From the IMG/VR virus record IMGVR_UViG_3300029288_004596, positions 32,001-96,000 of that record: a stretch of 64,000 nt of DNA; one strand, 5' to 3'. A model generated the notes under the pieces. It was not told the origin of the DNA. It saw only the letters and a list, made by a program, of their open reading frames with translations, and made no database searches. The position numbers and the translations under genes are program-made. Positions 45,068-55,409 of the stretch are shown here, in pieces. Each line of letters begins with the position of its first letter. The stretch's first letter is position 1. This DNA comes from a virus. Taxonomy: Duplodnaviria > Caudoviricetes.

Positions 45068-46777
45068 TTAGTCTCCTGTCGGCGGCGAAAGATTGATAGT
45101 CACATCAATCTTAGTGATCTGGATAGCGGGTCTCAGAGTAAGGTCAATCCTTATTCTTCCAAGGATCTGATCCACTCCATCGGAGGTTACCGCGAACTGA
45201 TAGCCCACGCCCTCCTGTCCCACTATGGCTCCTTCAGCCGCTACTCTGTCAAGGTAGTTCTTGATAGCTGTCCTCATGGCTATTCGGATTCCAAAGGTGT
45301 TCGCTGTTCCAATATAGGGGTTGCAAATCCTTCTAATTCCCTCCACTACTGAGTTCACTATCCTGAGAATCTGCAGCTTGGCATAGTCGCTAGATCTCTT
45401 GGCGGCTGTGTTGTCCATGTTGACAACTATGTTGCCAGCATTATTGACTCTGAGCGCTGTATAGGCTCCGCCATAACCCCAGGAAGGAGGATCTCCCTGA
45501 GTAGCTGGCTGAGCTCCCGCTAGGAGGTTTACCTGTTTAGTGGTGAACTCCCATGCCAGAGCTTGAATTCCTGGGAACATCTTATTGGTCGCCGGATTCT
45601 GTGGTTCTAAGGAGGCTATAAAGCCCGCGTAGATCCCAGCCGGGGATTCAATATATGTCCCTAGAGAGTTCTGAGTCATTAAAGCGTCTGGTCCAGCCAC
45701 TACCTGTATAAATCTTCCAGCGTCTACTTTAGCTCCTGTCTCAGCGTCTATCACAGCAAACTGAGTGTCTCCATTGTTAGGAGACGCCAGGAAGTAGCCA
45801 AACTTGGAAGTTTTTCTTCCGGAGTCAGCGGCTCCAGCTGAGGACGCTGTCAAGTTAGTTACTATGTTGGCTATCTGATCTCTTGTAGTGTTAAGCGCTG
45901 GGGTCATGCCAATAACGCCTATCTTGGGGTAAGAGTTCTTGGCGGCCTTGTAGCACGCCTCCGCAAACTTGGTGACTACAGACACTGTGCCATCTCCACC
46001 AGAGGAGAGGTCATCATCTGCGTACAAGTCTGTGAGGTACACTATGTCAGCGTCGCTGTCTTCCAAGAGAGCGAAAGCTCCTGTGGTTGTATCTGTCAGG
46101 GATGTGTAGTAGGCTGCCTTTGTTATGGAGCCATCCTCCAGAGTCCCATTTGATCCATTTACCAGTGTCATGGTGTAGTTAGATCCACTAGCTATCACTG
46201 AGGTAAGCGCAGTGGTATTTGCAGCTTCAGCCCTTACGCTAAAGTTTAAGGGTTCCTTGTTTATGTCATTCACAAGGGAAGCTATGGTTTTACCGCTGGC
46301 CCAGCTAAAGGACAGGTTTCCGCCTCTCCCTATGCCGGACTGCACTATAGTCAAAGTGCTGGTAGCAGAGGAAACTATAACAGACACCCCGTTATATATT
46401 TTTCCTGGATAAAGCCCCTTAAATGTTAAGTTTCCTGAGGTTACAGAGGCTGTGTTGCCCCCTACCCTTAGGAAGTAGACGTTTGTGGCTCCACCCATGA
46501 GTACTTCATTCATACCCTTAACTAGCGAGTTGCCAGAATACTTGTTCTTGTAATTGGCTGATAGAGCTCCTGTGGCTGTGTACAAATCATTGTATGTCAC
46601 AGGGCCAAAGACGCTTTCAGCTTTACTTGGATTGATCCTGGTTATGACTCCCTGGGGTCCATCAAGGGCATTGCCTATTACCAGAACTGAGTCTGTAAGG
46701 TTGCCCTCAATGATAGGGACCATTAACCCGCCATCATTGTAATGAACGGAGATTGATGGGATGTTTTCTCGTGCCAT
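45068..46777 (-). CDS. Tail sheath protein (569 aa)
   Basis: N-terminal VLVIGNALDGP, YFLRVGG and LYPGKIYN; C-terminal LQILRIVNSV...YIG..N...IKNYLD...IDLTLRPAIQITKIDVTINL sheath signature. Confidence 0.9.
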   Translation of the reverse strand: MARENIPSISVHYNDGGLMVPIIEGNLTDSVLVIGNALDGPQGVITRINPSKAESVFGPVTYNDLYTATGALSANYKNKYSGNSLVKGMNEVLMGGATNVYFLRVGGNTASVTSGNLTFKGLYPGKIYNGVSVIVSSATSTLTIVQSGIGRGGNLSFSWASGKTIASLVNDINKEPLNFSVRAEAANTTALTSVIASGSNYTMTLVNGSNGTLEDGSITKAAYYTSLTDTTTGAFALLEDSDADIVYLTDLYADDDLSSGGDGTVSVVTKFAEACYKAAKNSYPKIGVIGMTPALNTTRDQIANIVTNLTASSAGAADSGRKTSKFGYFLASPNNGDTQFAVIDAETGAKVDAGRFIQVVAGPDALMTQNSLGTYIESPAGIYAGFIASLEPQNPATNKMFPGIQALAWEFTTKQVNLLAGAQPATQGDPPSWGYGGAYTALRVNNAGNIVVNMDNTAAKRSSDYAKLQILRIVNSVVEGIRRICNPYIGTANTFGIRIAMRTAIKNYLDRVAAEGAIVGQEGVGYQFAVTSDGVDQILGRIRIDLTLRPAIQITKIDVTINLSPPTGD

Positions 46778-46803
46778 TTAGTTCTCCTTCATAAGCATCA
46801 GAT

Positions 46804-47637
46804 CTAGGATCTGTCATAAGAAGTCTGTTTACCTGTTGATGTGTCCATGGAACTAGTCCACTTGGTGAACAGGATGTAGTATGTGCTGCCATAGGCGGGA
46901 TGCTTCCCTCCATTTAACCACATGATAGTTGGGGCGATAGTGGTTGTGGTGGTGTTTATGACAACAGCGTAGTCTAATCCATCCCTGTAGCTTGGAGAAG
47001 CCACAGTGTAGTCCGGGGTGTCGAATATGCCCATTATTCCAGAGAAGTTGTAGTCTACAGGTATTACGTCATCTATGTCAGGACCCCTGATTATTGGTTT
47101 GATATCCCAATCAAGATCTTCTCTGACGCTAATGAGCAAGTCATTTATCCTACTCTCTAGAACTGGTATATATTCTGTGTATTGAGCTCTGTATCTGAGG
47201 TGGCGGGCAACTGTTCTTTCTGGAACTTTTACTAGGGAGTCCATCAGCTGCTCTTCAAATATAAAGTGCTCTACCCCAGCCTCGCACAATGAAGGCCTGG
47301 CCTCCATTAGGAACTGTTCAAAGTCTAGCTGAAGTTTATTGACTTCAGCGTTAGTGGCATGGAACAGATCAAACTGATATATCACTGTCATTCTCTGGCC
47401 ATAATAAGAGGTCTGCGGAGCCCCAGTGATGGGTATGTCAGCTCCTCTGTATCTTGGCTTCCTTGTCTCCTTGCCTTCAGCTCCTGGAACCCTGGTGGCT
47501 ATTTTCCATGCGATGGTAGGGGCTTTTACTTCCTGCGTGGGGTATTCCTCTGTGAAGACAATGGACTTCAGGGGGGTCTGAGCCACTAGAGACTCCAGCA
47601 TGTGTGGTATGCTATATTCATGTAGCAGTCTTATCAT
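46804..47637 (-). CDS. Putative tail terminator/completion protein (277 aa)
   Basis: Position upstream of the sheath gene; PTIAW...YQFDLF..TN.EV..L...FEQF pattern. Confidence 0.55.
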   Translation of the reverse strand: MIRLLHEYSIPHMLESLVAQTPLKSIVFTEEYPTQEVKAPTIAWKIATRVPGAEGKETRKPRYRGADIPITGAPQTSYYGQRMTVIYQFDLFHATNAEVNKLQLDFEQFLMEARPSLCEAGVEHFIFEEQLMDSLVKVPERTVARHLRYRAQYTEYIPVLESRINDLLISVREDLDWDIKPIIRGPDIDDVIPVDYNFSGIMGIFDTPDYTVASPSYRDGLDYAVVINTTTTTIAPTIMWLNGGKHPAYGSTYYILFTKWTSSMDTSTGKQTSYDRS

Positions 47638-49067
47638 GTCTTGACACCCACCTGAAAGGATATTGAATTAACCTCTCCAATTACAGTAGCGTCTATATCT
47701 ATGACTATGTAATCGCTGAGGATGTTAATTCCATAACTGTAAGATTTAATATAGGGAGCGTTGGCCATGGCCTCCCCTACTATGGTGTTTACCTGTGAAT
47801 ATGAGTAGTTTATAGAACCTATGATAGGTTCTAGAGCATCATACAAATCTCTGTAGATGCTCTGGTAAGCCTTGAGGTCTGCTATAGTCCATGTGGAATG
47901 AGTTGTCACTCCTTTATAAACTGCTGGCCCCACTGAAATAGTGTTTACCATGGACACTATTCCTTTGCTGGCCAGTCCTGATAGGGATTCCGCAGAGTAC
48001 CTTGGAGAGAATTCCCTTATATTGATTGGACTCCTTGTGGAAGATATGCCATCTTTGGATAAAGCGGCAGCATAAGCGGGAGCCATAGTTCCCCAATAGG
48101 ATACTCCTGGAAACACTTCATAATAAAGTTCCTGAGCTGTGGCGTGCAGTTCTCTGGTGTCTATAGTACAGGCTGTACTGACAAAGGCTGAGACTTCCAC
48201 AGTGGACGCTGGCATAGAAAGGTTCTGCACAACAACTGTGGGATAACCCAACTCATCAAAGAAAGCGCTGTTAAATAACCCCTTAGCGTCTTCATAGGTC
48301 ATTCCAGCTATATGCGCCACATCCACTCCATAGAGGTCCGCGTACTGCAGGACTGTGGATAGTCCGCTTGTGGTAATAGTCCCATCTGATCCTGTAGACA
48401 TGGAACTCATGACTGGCGCTACTGTGGAGGAACCTATCCAGTCCACTTCTACTGGAATCCAGTTTTTAGCTCCGTCATAGTTTATAGATTTGGCCAGTTC
48501 CTTAGGGGTGTTTAGACTGTAGCTTCTAGTGTAGCCCATCCCTGGAGGAGGGACTATAGTTATTCCAGTGCTGCCAGCTGTGATAGTCATGGAGTTATAC
48601 AGGGTTCCATCATATCTTGAGGAGATAGTTATATAACTATCTCCTGATCCTATCCTGGTGACTGACTTGGTCCCTGGGAGTCTCATCACATATAGTTCAT
48701 CTGGCATTCCAGCCAGGGCCTCAAAAGCCGCCTTGACTACGCTTCCTGAAGGATGTTCTCTTAAATAACTAACATAGATGGTCTTGGATTCTCCAGGTTT
48801 CCAGAAGGTCATGGAGTTTCCGCTAAGGACCAGCCCATGAAGGTAATATTTGTTATAGTCCCCAGCTGAGTATTCAGTTATATCCACCATGTTATTCCAT
48901 GGAGTGGAAGATAAAGTTATAGAAGATGTGGAAGCTGCCAGGGTGTGGCACTCCCACCCTATGGATCCAAACTTAAGACCCAGGTCTCCAGCTGAGGAGT
49001 ACCTGTAGGGCTCAAGAGATGGTCCATCAAAGGCTGTCCCAATTATCATTAGTGGAACTCTACGCAT
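47634..49067 (-). CDS. Second, divergent tail sheath-like protein (477 aa)
   Basis: IIGTAFDGP, LYVMRL, RYDGTLYN and C-terminal IVIDIDATVIGEVNSISFQV parallel the main sheath. Confidence 0.7.
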   Translation of the reverse strand: MRRVPLMIIGTAFDGPSLEPYRYSSAGDLGLKFGSIGWECHTLAASTSSITLSSTPWNNMVDITEYSAGDYNKYYLHGLVLSGNSMTFWKPGESKTIYVSYLREHPSGSVVKAAFEALAGMPDELYVMRLPGTKSVTRIGSGDSYITISSRYDGTLYNSMTITAGSTGITIVPPPGMGYTRSYSLNTPKELAKSINYDGAKNWIPVEVDWIGSSTVAPVMSSMSTGSDGTITTSGLSTVLQYADLYGVDVAHIAGMTYEDAKGLFNSAFFDELGYPTVVVQNLSMPASTVEVSAFVSTACTIDTRELHATAQELYYEVFPGVSYWGTMAPAYAAALSKDGISSTRSPINIREFSPRYSAESLSGLASKGIVSMVNTISVGPAVYKGVTTHSTWTIADLKAYQSIYRDLYDALEPIIGSINYSYSQVNTIVGEAMANAPYIKSYSYGINILSDYIVIDIDATVIGEVNSISFQVGVKT

Positions 49068-49566
49068 TTATCCCCCTGGATAGCAACTGTTCCTCAAGGA
49101 ACCATTTGGTTGAGTCAGCTATAAAACAGCCTACTGAGAAATAGCTTATTTCATCTTCCCTCATGGGGATCACTGTGTCTATGGTGTATACATGTAATAT
49201 TTCTGTAGGTTGTCCTATGCTTCCCACAAGTCCAGTTCTCACATTCCAAGATGCCTCTAATATTTTGTCTCCCATCTTAGGATATGTTCCGCTCTTCAGA
49301 TAAACCACTAGATCATAGTTAGGAATATTTCCATAAGTGGTTTCTGTGTCTGGAGTAAATAATGCTCTAGGTTTTGTTATTCTGGAAGGCAATCTCTCAA
49401 AGGACACTGAGTATCCTGTGCCATAGCAGGTGGGGCATAGGGAGTTGCCTTGGGATGTTGGCTCATCCCAGCATGCTGGACACTTGAATTTCTTATTGCC
49501 CCTCATATAAATTATCCATGTGGGATACTTATCTATAAAGTCCTCAAAGTTTGTTAACACTCTCAT
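49060..49566 (-). CDS. Neck/head-closure protein with a Zn-finger-like CxxC...CxxC (168 aa)
   Basis: KCPACWD...CPTCYGTGY; position between head and tail genes. Confidence 0.6.
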   Translation of the reverse strand: MRVLTNFEDFIDKYPTWIIYMRGNKKFKCPACWDEPTSQGNSLCPTCYGTGYSVSFERLPSRITKPRALFTPDTETTYGNIPNYDLVVYLKSGTYPKMGDKILEASWNVRTGLVGSIGQPTEILHVYTIDTVIPMREDEISYFSVGCFIADSTKWFLEEQLLSRGINA

Positions 49567-50786
49567 GATTTCTTAATAGTCACCTTAGCCGCATTGGGTT
49601 GTCTTACTGATACATTGACATCTAACCCATCCACCAGTTTCTTGCCAATAGACGCGTTAGTGGATAAGGTTGCTGTCTGTGCATCCCATATTCCCTGGAT
49701 AGCTCCAGCTGTTAATCCTACGTCCCCAGTAGAAGTGGCTGATATAGTCTCTCCTGTGAGAGTGGCCACTACTCTATTTCCTATGGAGGATAGCGCTGAG
49801 GTCTTAGCGTTAATGGATAGTACTGTAGGAGCGTAAGAGCTTGGCATTCTGGAACTTATAGTAGTGTCTACTCTATTAGCTGTAGTATATAACATATATC
49901 CAGCCTGACCGCCGGGATAAATTACGTCATCTATAGCTTCGCTCCATATATCTTGGGTGATTGCCGCCACTGTTAAAGACGAGGGGGCTCTGGAAGTTAT
50001 AGTGGCATTGAGATTATCCAGGTTAGTGGACCTGGTTGAAGTTAATCTGCCAGTTAGAGTTTGAGTATTGGCAAGCGCAGTGGCTATGGAGGTATTGTCA
50101 GGAGCTGTGTAATTAGCTGAGGCCAATCTACTAGAAATAGCCACATCCAAGTTGGGGGCTACAGTTGAATTTATAATTCCAGCGTTCATGGATGACACGT
50201 TGACGCTAGTTACTGAGGTTGCTCCTCCAGAGGTGTATACCTGTTCCCCATCTAGTGTAGCCTTTACATCATTTCCTGTGTAGGTCAAAGCTGAGGTCTT
50301 GGAATTAATAGTTTGTATTGTGGAACCAAAGGAACTAGACATTCTTGAGCTTACTGTGGAGTCCACTCTGCTATTTGTTATATATAACATTCCTCCAGCT
50401 TGATTTCCAGGATAAACCACATCATCTACAACCTCGCTCCACACATCCTGGGTTATTGCCGCCACTGTGAGAGTGGAAGGAGCTCTGGAAGCAATAGTTG
50501 CATTTAAGTTATCCAGGTTTCCAGCTCTTCCTGAGGTATAATCATTTTCCGTGATCACAGTCATGGCGAAACTATCTACGCCAGGAGCTTCCACATGCAG
50601 TCCCACTATATCTCCAGAGGTTTCCCTGTTGGTGAGGATCACCTTGTACCAGCCCCTGCTTATTTCAGTTACCCCTGAAGTTATCTGGTTAAAGGAGTTT
50701 CCATTAATAGATACATAACCTATAGGGGATAGTCCTGTAGTCCCCAGGCTCACTGGCATTGCTATATAAGAGTTTCTATAAATCAT
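49563..50786 (-). CDS. Repeat-containing fibre-like structural protein (407 aa)
   Basis: Two ~95-aa internal repeats (NLDNLNATI.SRAPS.LTVAAITQD.WSE..DDV.YPG...) and shorter LD..ISSR repeats. Confidence 0.6.
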   Translation of the reverse strand: MIYRNSYIAMPVSLGTTGLSPIGYVSINGNSFNQITSGVTEISRGWYKVILTNRETSGDIVGLHVEAPGVDSFAMTVITENDYTSGRAGNLDNLNATIASRAPSTLTVAAITQDVWSEVVDDVVYPGNQAGGMLYITNSRVDSTVSSRMSSSFGSTIQTINSKTSALTYTGNDVKATLDGEQVYTSGGATSVTSVNVSSMNAGIINSTVAPNLDVAISSRLASANYTAPDNTSIATALANTQTLTGRLTSTRSTNLDNLNATITSRAPSSLTVAAITQDIWSEAIDDVIYPGGQAGYMLYTTANRVDTTISSRMPSSYAPTVLSINAKTSALSSIGNRVVATLTGETISATSTGDVGLTAGAIQGIWDAQTATLSTNASIGKKLVDGLDVNVSVRQPNAAKVTIKKS

Positions 50787-52495
50787 GGAAGCCTCGGCTG
50801 ATAGGTTGTCTTGCTGTGTTTTTTGTACCAGAAGTATGACTTGGCGGCTGCCGCGTCATTTACTGTTAGTCTTATCTTGTATCTATTTCCTATAGGAGAA
50901 TTATTAGTGTACTGGACTGTGGAACTCTGCCACTCAAGGGCGCTAGTTAGTGCTGCGCTAACTAATGGGGTATACGTAGGATCAGTATATGATAAGTCTA
51001 TATTATTATTAAGAAATAACCTTGGTGGGTCTGTATTACTTGAAGAGGGCTTTCCATATAATGTAAAACTAGCTGTCTCATATGGATTGATATACAAATC
51101 ATCCTCTACCCATGCTATGCCATCCCCTGTGGAAGTCCATATGGCTACCTTCCCTAAGCTGGGGTGCGTAGTTTCTATGGTATCATTATATGCGCTAAGG
51201 GTTGTGGTTCCTCCTATAGTGCCTATCATTCTTACCCCTGAGGTAGAACCTGTTGATCTATAAGAATCAACATAATATCTTGGGCACGCTGAATATCTTT
51301 CTAGCGGCTCCATGAAATCATCATTGCCATAGTTAAGGTTTATCACATTGCAGAAAGAGTTTATAAACAGTTTGCTATTTCCAGAACTAGCGGAGTTTAT
51401 TATATCTAGTTGCGCATACAGCATTGCATAGTTATTATTATACCAGTTGCAATCTTGCAGAACCACTCCATTGGAGTAAACGCAACATGTAGTATGTCCT
51501 ATAAAATTTAGATTTCTACCTACAAAGTTTGTGGCATAACTAATTGCGTTAGTGTTTCCAGCTACGTATACGTTGTCTACATAGTCCCCAAGGGTAGTGT
51601 AAAAGGCATCCTGACATCCAGCAATTACTCCACCACTCATGGTTGTCGCTTGGTCTGCATACACTCCTCTAGTGCTTCCAATAATAGCGGAGTTTAGCAC
51701 TTGGGCAAATTTAGTATTTTCTAGCAGGGAAAGCCCTTTACAATATACACTTTTATCAATTACTGGGTACCTTGATGACTCTAGCGCATAGGTCCCACCA
51801 CTTATGCAAACGCTTTCTAGGACTCCTCCAGATGTCACATATAGATAGTAGGTAGTGCTGCCTCTCAGTATTATATTTCTGGGAAGAAGGGCTACTACAG
51901 CTCCTTTGAGTTTTGTGGCAGATAGGGCTGGGGTTATTGATATGCTAGTGGCAGAGATTCCACTAACAGACACCCACTCCATGCCCCTGCCTTTATTGAT
52001 ATTGCATATGCCAATATCCTTATATATGTACTGAAGCCACCCTGCAGATGTTAAGTCATCTGTCACCGGCAATGTTACTACTCCTATGCCTGCCGCAGAG
52101 GATAAGGTTGTGTATAATATTGAAGGGGAGGTCCCGTGAAGGTCCACAAATCCTGAAGCTCCGGTGTTTATGTACCTGGATCCTCCTCCAAAGTCTATTA
52201 TAAAAGTGCTAGCTGATGGAAGTGGAGTATCGGCAGATCCAGCTGATAGGCACCCAGTTCCTGTTATATGTCCAGCGCACTTCAGGTAGTAAATCCCAGC
52301 GGTGGTTGGCACTGTCAGGATTCCGCTTATTCCCAGGGTTACTCCATTGGCGTATCCAGACATATCGCATGTGTCTAGAGTCACTATATGTCCCCCTGAG
52401 ATTATAACAGTGTCATTATTAGCAGGAACTGGGTTTCCTCCCCAGGTGCCAGTAGATGACCATGTGCCTGTTTGTGAGCTTGTTCTTGTCGCCAT
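50783..52495 (-). CDS. G8-like/right-handed beta-helix protein, putative adhesin or depolymerase (570 aa)
   Basis: SSQTGTWSSTGTWGGNPVP...D.V.I..GH.VTLD N-terminus followed by Asn/Gly/Cys-rich beta-helix-like repeats. Confidence 0.6.
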   Translation of the reverse strand: MATRTSSQTGTWSSTGTWGGNPVPANNDTVIISGGHIVTLDTCDMSGYANGVTLGISGILTVPTTAGIYYLKCAGHITGTGCLSAGSADTPLPSASTFIIDFGGGSRYINTGASGFVDLHGTSPSILYTTLSSAAGIGVVTLPVTDDLTSAGWLQYIYKDIGICNINKGRGMEWVSVSGISATSISITPALSATKLKGAVVALLPRNIILRGSTTYYLYVTSGGVLESVCISGGTYALESSRYPVIDKSVYCKGLSLLENTKFAQVLNSAIIGSTRGVYADQATTMSGGVIAGCQDAFYTTLGDYVDNVYVAGNTNAISYATNFVGRNLNFIGHTTCCVYSNGVVLQDCNWYNNNYAMLYAQLDIINSASSGNSKLFINSFCNVINLNYGNDDFMEPLERYSACPRYYVDSYRSTGSTSGVRMIGTIGGTTTLSAYNDTIETTHPSLGKVAIWTSTGDGIAWVEDDLYINPYETASFTLYGKPSSSNTDPPRLFLNNNIDLSYTDPTYTPLVSAALTSALEWQSSTVQYTNNSPIGNRYKIRLTVNDAAAAKSYFWYKKHSKTTYQPRLP

Positions 52496-53110
52496 TTATT
52501 TTCTTCTGTAAGGATTAGCAGCTTTGCCTGCATTATATGGAGTTGTTGTAGTTAATATGTTAGGAGGGGATGTTGAAGCCCCATAGATCTCAATTCCTGT
52601 TCCGTTTTCAGAGTAATTGGAACTGGCAAGCCTGGAGGATATTGTGGTATCAAGGTTAGGAGCCACAGCTTGATTTATAGCCCCAGCGGTAAAACTTCCA
52701 CTACTAATTATAGCAGCGGCTAGACCAGTTACATTAACTCCTTCACTGTCCAGGGTAGCCTTGACATCCCCATTAGTGAAAGTGAGGGCTGAGGTCTTCT
52801 GGTTAATAGCTGGGACAAGACCCTCTTCAGTTATTATGTGGGCTGGTATTACTACCACTCCTGAAGTAGAGGATTTCCCAGCCACTGTTATTGTGGAGTA
52901 GTTTGTCTCTGAGGCTGAAAGGGAAACTTTATATATGCCTGGGCAATTAGAAGAAGATACCTCTGTGACTGTAGATGTGGCAAGAGAAGAGAGAGCTCCA
53001 TTTACTACTAGGTAAACTGATACCTGTGGTGCATCCCCTGTTTTTCCTGTATTAGTTAATGTATCCCATACAGTAAATGGGACTGTTAAAGCCACCCCTT
53101 TTATCGCCAT
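52496..53110 (-). CDS. Structural protein paralogous to 49563..50786 (204 aa)
   Basis: Shares TEV...G.YKV.L...ET, KTSALT....DVKATLD and VAPNLD..ISSRLAS.NY. Confidence 0.55.
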   Translation of the reverse strand: MAIKGVALTVPFTVWDTLTNTGKTGDAPQVSVYLVVNGALSSLATSTVTEVSSSNCPGIYKVSLSASETNYSTITVAGKSSTSGVVVIPAHIITEEGLVPAINQKTSALTFTNGDVKATLDSEGVNVTGLAAAIISSGSFTAGAINQAVAPNLDTTISSRLASSNYSENGTGIEIYGASTSPPNILTTTTPYNAGKAANPYRRK

Positions 53111-53111
53111 C

Positions 53112-53822
53112 TTAAACTACCCCTATAGAATTTCTGAATAAAGCCATTATAGTTGGCAACACTGTCCCAGGCAGCTCTGATGGAGCTACATACATTCCGC
53201 TTGTTGTCTGGTAATTTGATAATATAGTTGAATCATCAAGCGGATCATTATAAAGTTTGAATAATCCAATAGATCCATTAAAGTATGAAGAGAATCTAGG
53301 GCTCTTTCCTACGGATGCCCGATAGTCTGTTTCAGGTCTAAAGGTTTTAAAAGATGCGCTTGTTACGTATGATCCATTTTTATATAGATTTATAGATGAA
53401 GAAGCCTGTGATATAGTTCCTACCATATATGTCCATACCCCAGTTGGCGCTAGAGCAGACAATGTTGTATATTTTCCATCAGTGCTATATGCTCTGAGTT
53501 CAACATAAACTCCTAAAGGCCTTAAGAACCACCCACGTTGCCCAAATCCAAGAGGACTGGATCCATGGGAAGCTATATAAACTCCAGCAGTGTTAGTCAT
53601 ATTAAACCAGATCTCTATACTATATGAAGTCATGCCTGTTAACGATGTCGATACTTCCGCATATACTCCATCTGCTGAACCGCTAAATGTGTATACGTAA
53701 TGCGTATTATCAGGGGCTAGTTCCCTGGTAGCTCCACTAACAGCTCCTGTGTTGGAATTCCCTGACAGGTCATCTAGTATAGGAGGAGCTTGCTGAAAGT
53801 CCCAATATAGTATATTTGACAC
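53112..53822 (-). CDS. LamG/concanavalin A-like lectin domain protein (236 aa)
   Basis: DLSGNSNTG, SYSIEIWF, WTYMVGT, LYKNG, YFNGSIGLFKLYN..L. Confidence 0.85.
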   Translation of the reverse strand: MSNILYWDFQQAPPILDDLSGNSNTGAVSGATRELAPDNTHYVYTFSGSADGVYAEVSTSLTGMTSYSIEIWFNMTNTAGVYIASHGSSPLGFGQRGWFLRPLGVYVELRAYSTDGKYTTLSALAPTGVWTYMVGTISQASSSINLYKNGSYVTSASFKTFRPETDYRASVGKSPRFSSYFNGSIGLFKLYNDPLDDSTILSNYQTTSGMYVAPSELPGTVLPTIMALFRNSIGVV

Positions 53823-53843
53823 TACTTGATAACCTCTTCTATG

Positions 53844-55358
53844 TTAGAAGGTCTTCCTGAATAGTCCAGCTAAGGAGGTGTCTGAGAGTCTCTCATCTCT
53901 GTTCCACTGGCTGGATCTGGTTCCCACTTCTGGCAGCACCCTGTCATCTCTTATAACATTCTCCAACCTTTCCACTTCAGCTCCATATTTGGTCAGCAGT
54001 TTACCCAGTTCTGTTATGGAACCAGCTCCTATATCCACTGTGAAGTCCCCAAGGGTTTTCCTAGTGTCAGCTTCTTCCAGCATTTCAAAGTATCTGAGCT
54101 GAAGTAAACTGAAGGCGGCCTTGGCCCTGACATACCTTATCATGTCATAGGTTACATTGGATATGGATGTTTTGAGAGTAGTTAGTGTAGTGTCGGAAGC
54201 TAGGTCCTGAGTTCTATTGCAGTCTATAGAAGCCTGATGTATGTGCGTGTTTATCAGGTCATCTGTGAAAGTGGCTACAAACAGTCCACACATAGCCCTT
54301 ATAGATAGCACATCAGCATATAGCGGATTGTATTTGCCAGTAAAGTAAACCTGGTATAAAGAGTCTAGCTGGGTTCCATTCGAGCTTTGAATGCTAACTA
54401 TGTTAAGGGTGTATCTCATATTCTCAGAGATATCCCCTGAAGGAGTGAACACTATGCTGGAGGAGGCTATAGTTATTCCACCATTAAGATATCCTGGCAA
54501 GACAGCTGGGTCCCCATCTGAGGGTTCATAATATAAGTATACTGTAGAGGATGTGGCTGAAGATGCCACTATAGAGTTGGAAAAGGAGACCAGCATAGTT
54601 GGCCATGCCGCTAGGTTTGTGGTTCCATCTGGAGGCGTGACGGCTATAACCCCAAACAAGCCTTCATATGGTGTGGTAAGTCTGGAATCATAAGCTGTGG
54701 GAGTGAAAGCTCCATAGTAAAATGAAGTTATCCCTGTGGACCATGCTCCTGTAGTTGTGGCTGCGGCTGCCCTCACTCTCCAGAAGTACTCTGTGTTTAC
54801 AGTAAAAGCGCTTGAGTTGGGAGAGTATGTAGTGGAGGTTGGCACATTCACGGATAGTACAGCTGTACTAAATCTAGGAGTGGTGGATATCACCAAGTCA
54901 TAGGATGATGCGCTTGCCACTGAAGACCAACTCAGAGTGGGCATGGCAGAATGTATAGTTTCATTCTGGGGGAATATCAGAGTTGGCATCCCTAGAGTGG
55001 AACCATTAACTGTAAAGTCCCAGGTGTAATTCCTGGGAAGAGTCCTTCCTGTGGAAGACTGTATAGTCTGTCTAGCCAGAACCTGGTAAGTTTCTCCAGG
55101 GATTAAAGCTGTGGCTGGAACTAAAGTAAGTATAAAGGAGTCGGAATCATAATTTGAGTATGAGAGGTCATAGGATGCGTCTGTGGATAACTCAACCAGG
55201 GAAAATAAAGTGTTTAAAGTCTCGCTCGCGGTAAACTGAGCAGTGTCCATATCCCTGCTGAAAGTTATGTCTATATTTGGCAAAGTTCCCACCCCGGTAG
55301 ATGCGGTGGTGGGAGAATATGTCAATATGGTAGGTATGAATGCTGAACTTAGATCCAT
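53844..55358 (-). CDS. Ig-like (Big_5/FN3) domains fused to a probable head-completion/adaptor domain (504 aa)
   Basis: P.....GV....IDITFSRDMD, YTWDFT, TLSWSSV..A.SY...YFWRVRA; helical C-terminal domain with RKTLGDFTV; follows the major capsid gene. Confidence 0.65.
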   Translation of the reverse strand: MDLSSAFIPTILTYSPTTASTGVGTLPNIDITFSRDMDTAQFTASETLNTLFSLVELSTDASYDLSYSNYDSDSFILTLVPATALIPGETYQVLARQTIQSSTGRTLPRNYTWDFTVNGSTLGMPTLIFPQNETIHSAMPTLSWSSVASASSYDLVISTTPRFSTAVLSVNVPTSTTYSPNSSAFTVNTEYFWRVRAAAATTTGAWSTGITSFYYGAFTPTAYDSRLTTPYEGLFGVIAVTPPDGTTNLAAWPTMLVSFSNSIVASSATSSTVYLYYEPSDGDPAVLPGYLNGGITIASSSIVFTPSGDISENMRYTLNIVSIQSSNGTQLDSLYQVYFTGKYNPLYADVLSIRAMCGLFVATFTDDLINTHIHQASIDCNRTQDLASDTTLTTLKTSISNVTYDMIRYVRAKAAFSLLQLRYFEMLEEADTRKTLGDFTVDIGAGSITELGKLLTKYGAEVERLENVIRDDRVLPEVGTRSSQWNRDERLSDTSLAGLFRKTF

Positions 55359-55375
55359 GTATAACCTCTATAAAT

Positions 55376-55402
55376 AAAAAAGGTGGGGCTATTGCTAGCC
55401 CC
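55376..55402 (-). terminator. Intrinsic terminator after the major capsid gene
   Basis: GGGGCTA-GCAA-TAGCCCC, then ACC and a T run. Confidence 0.8.
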
Positions 55403-55409
55403 TAAGTTG

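Noticed and set aside
8969-49067. Interpretation as an extracellular contractile injection system or tailocin
   Set aside because: Portal, prohead protease, major capsid protein and a DNA polymerase are in the same gene run, so this is a phage
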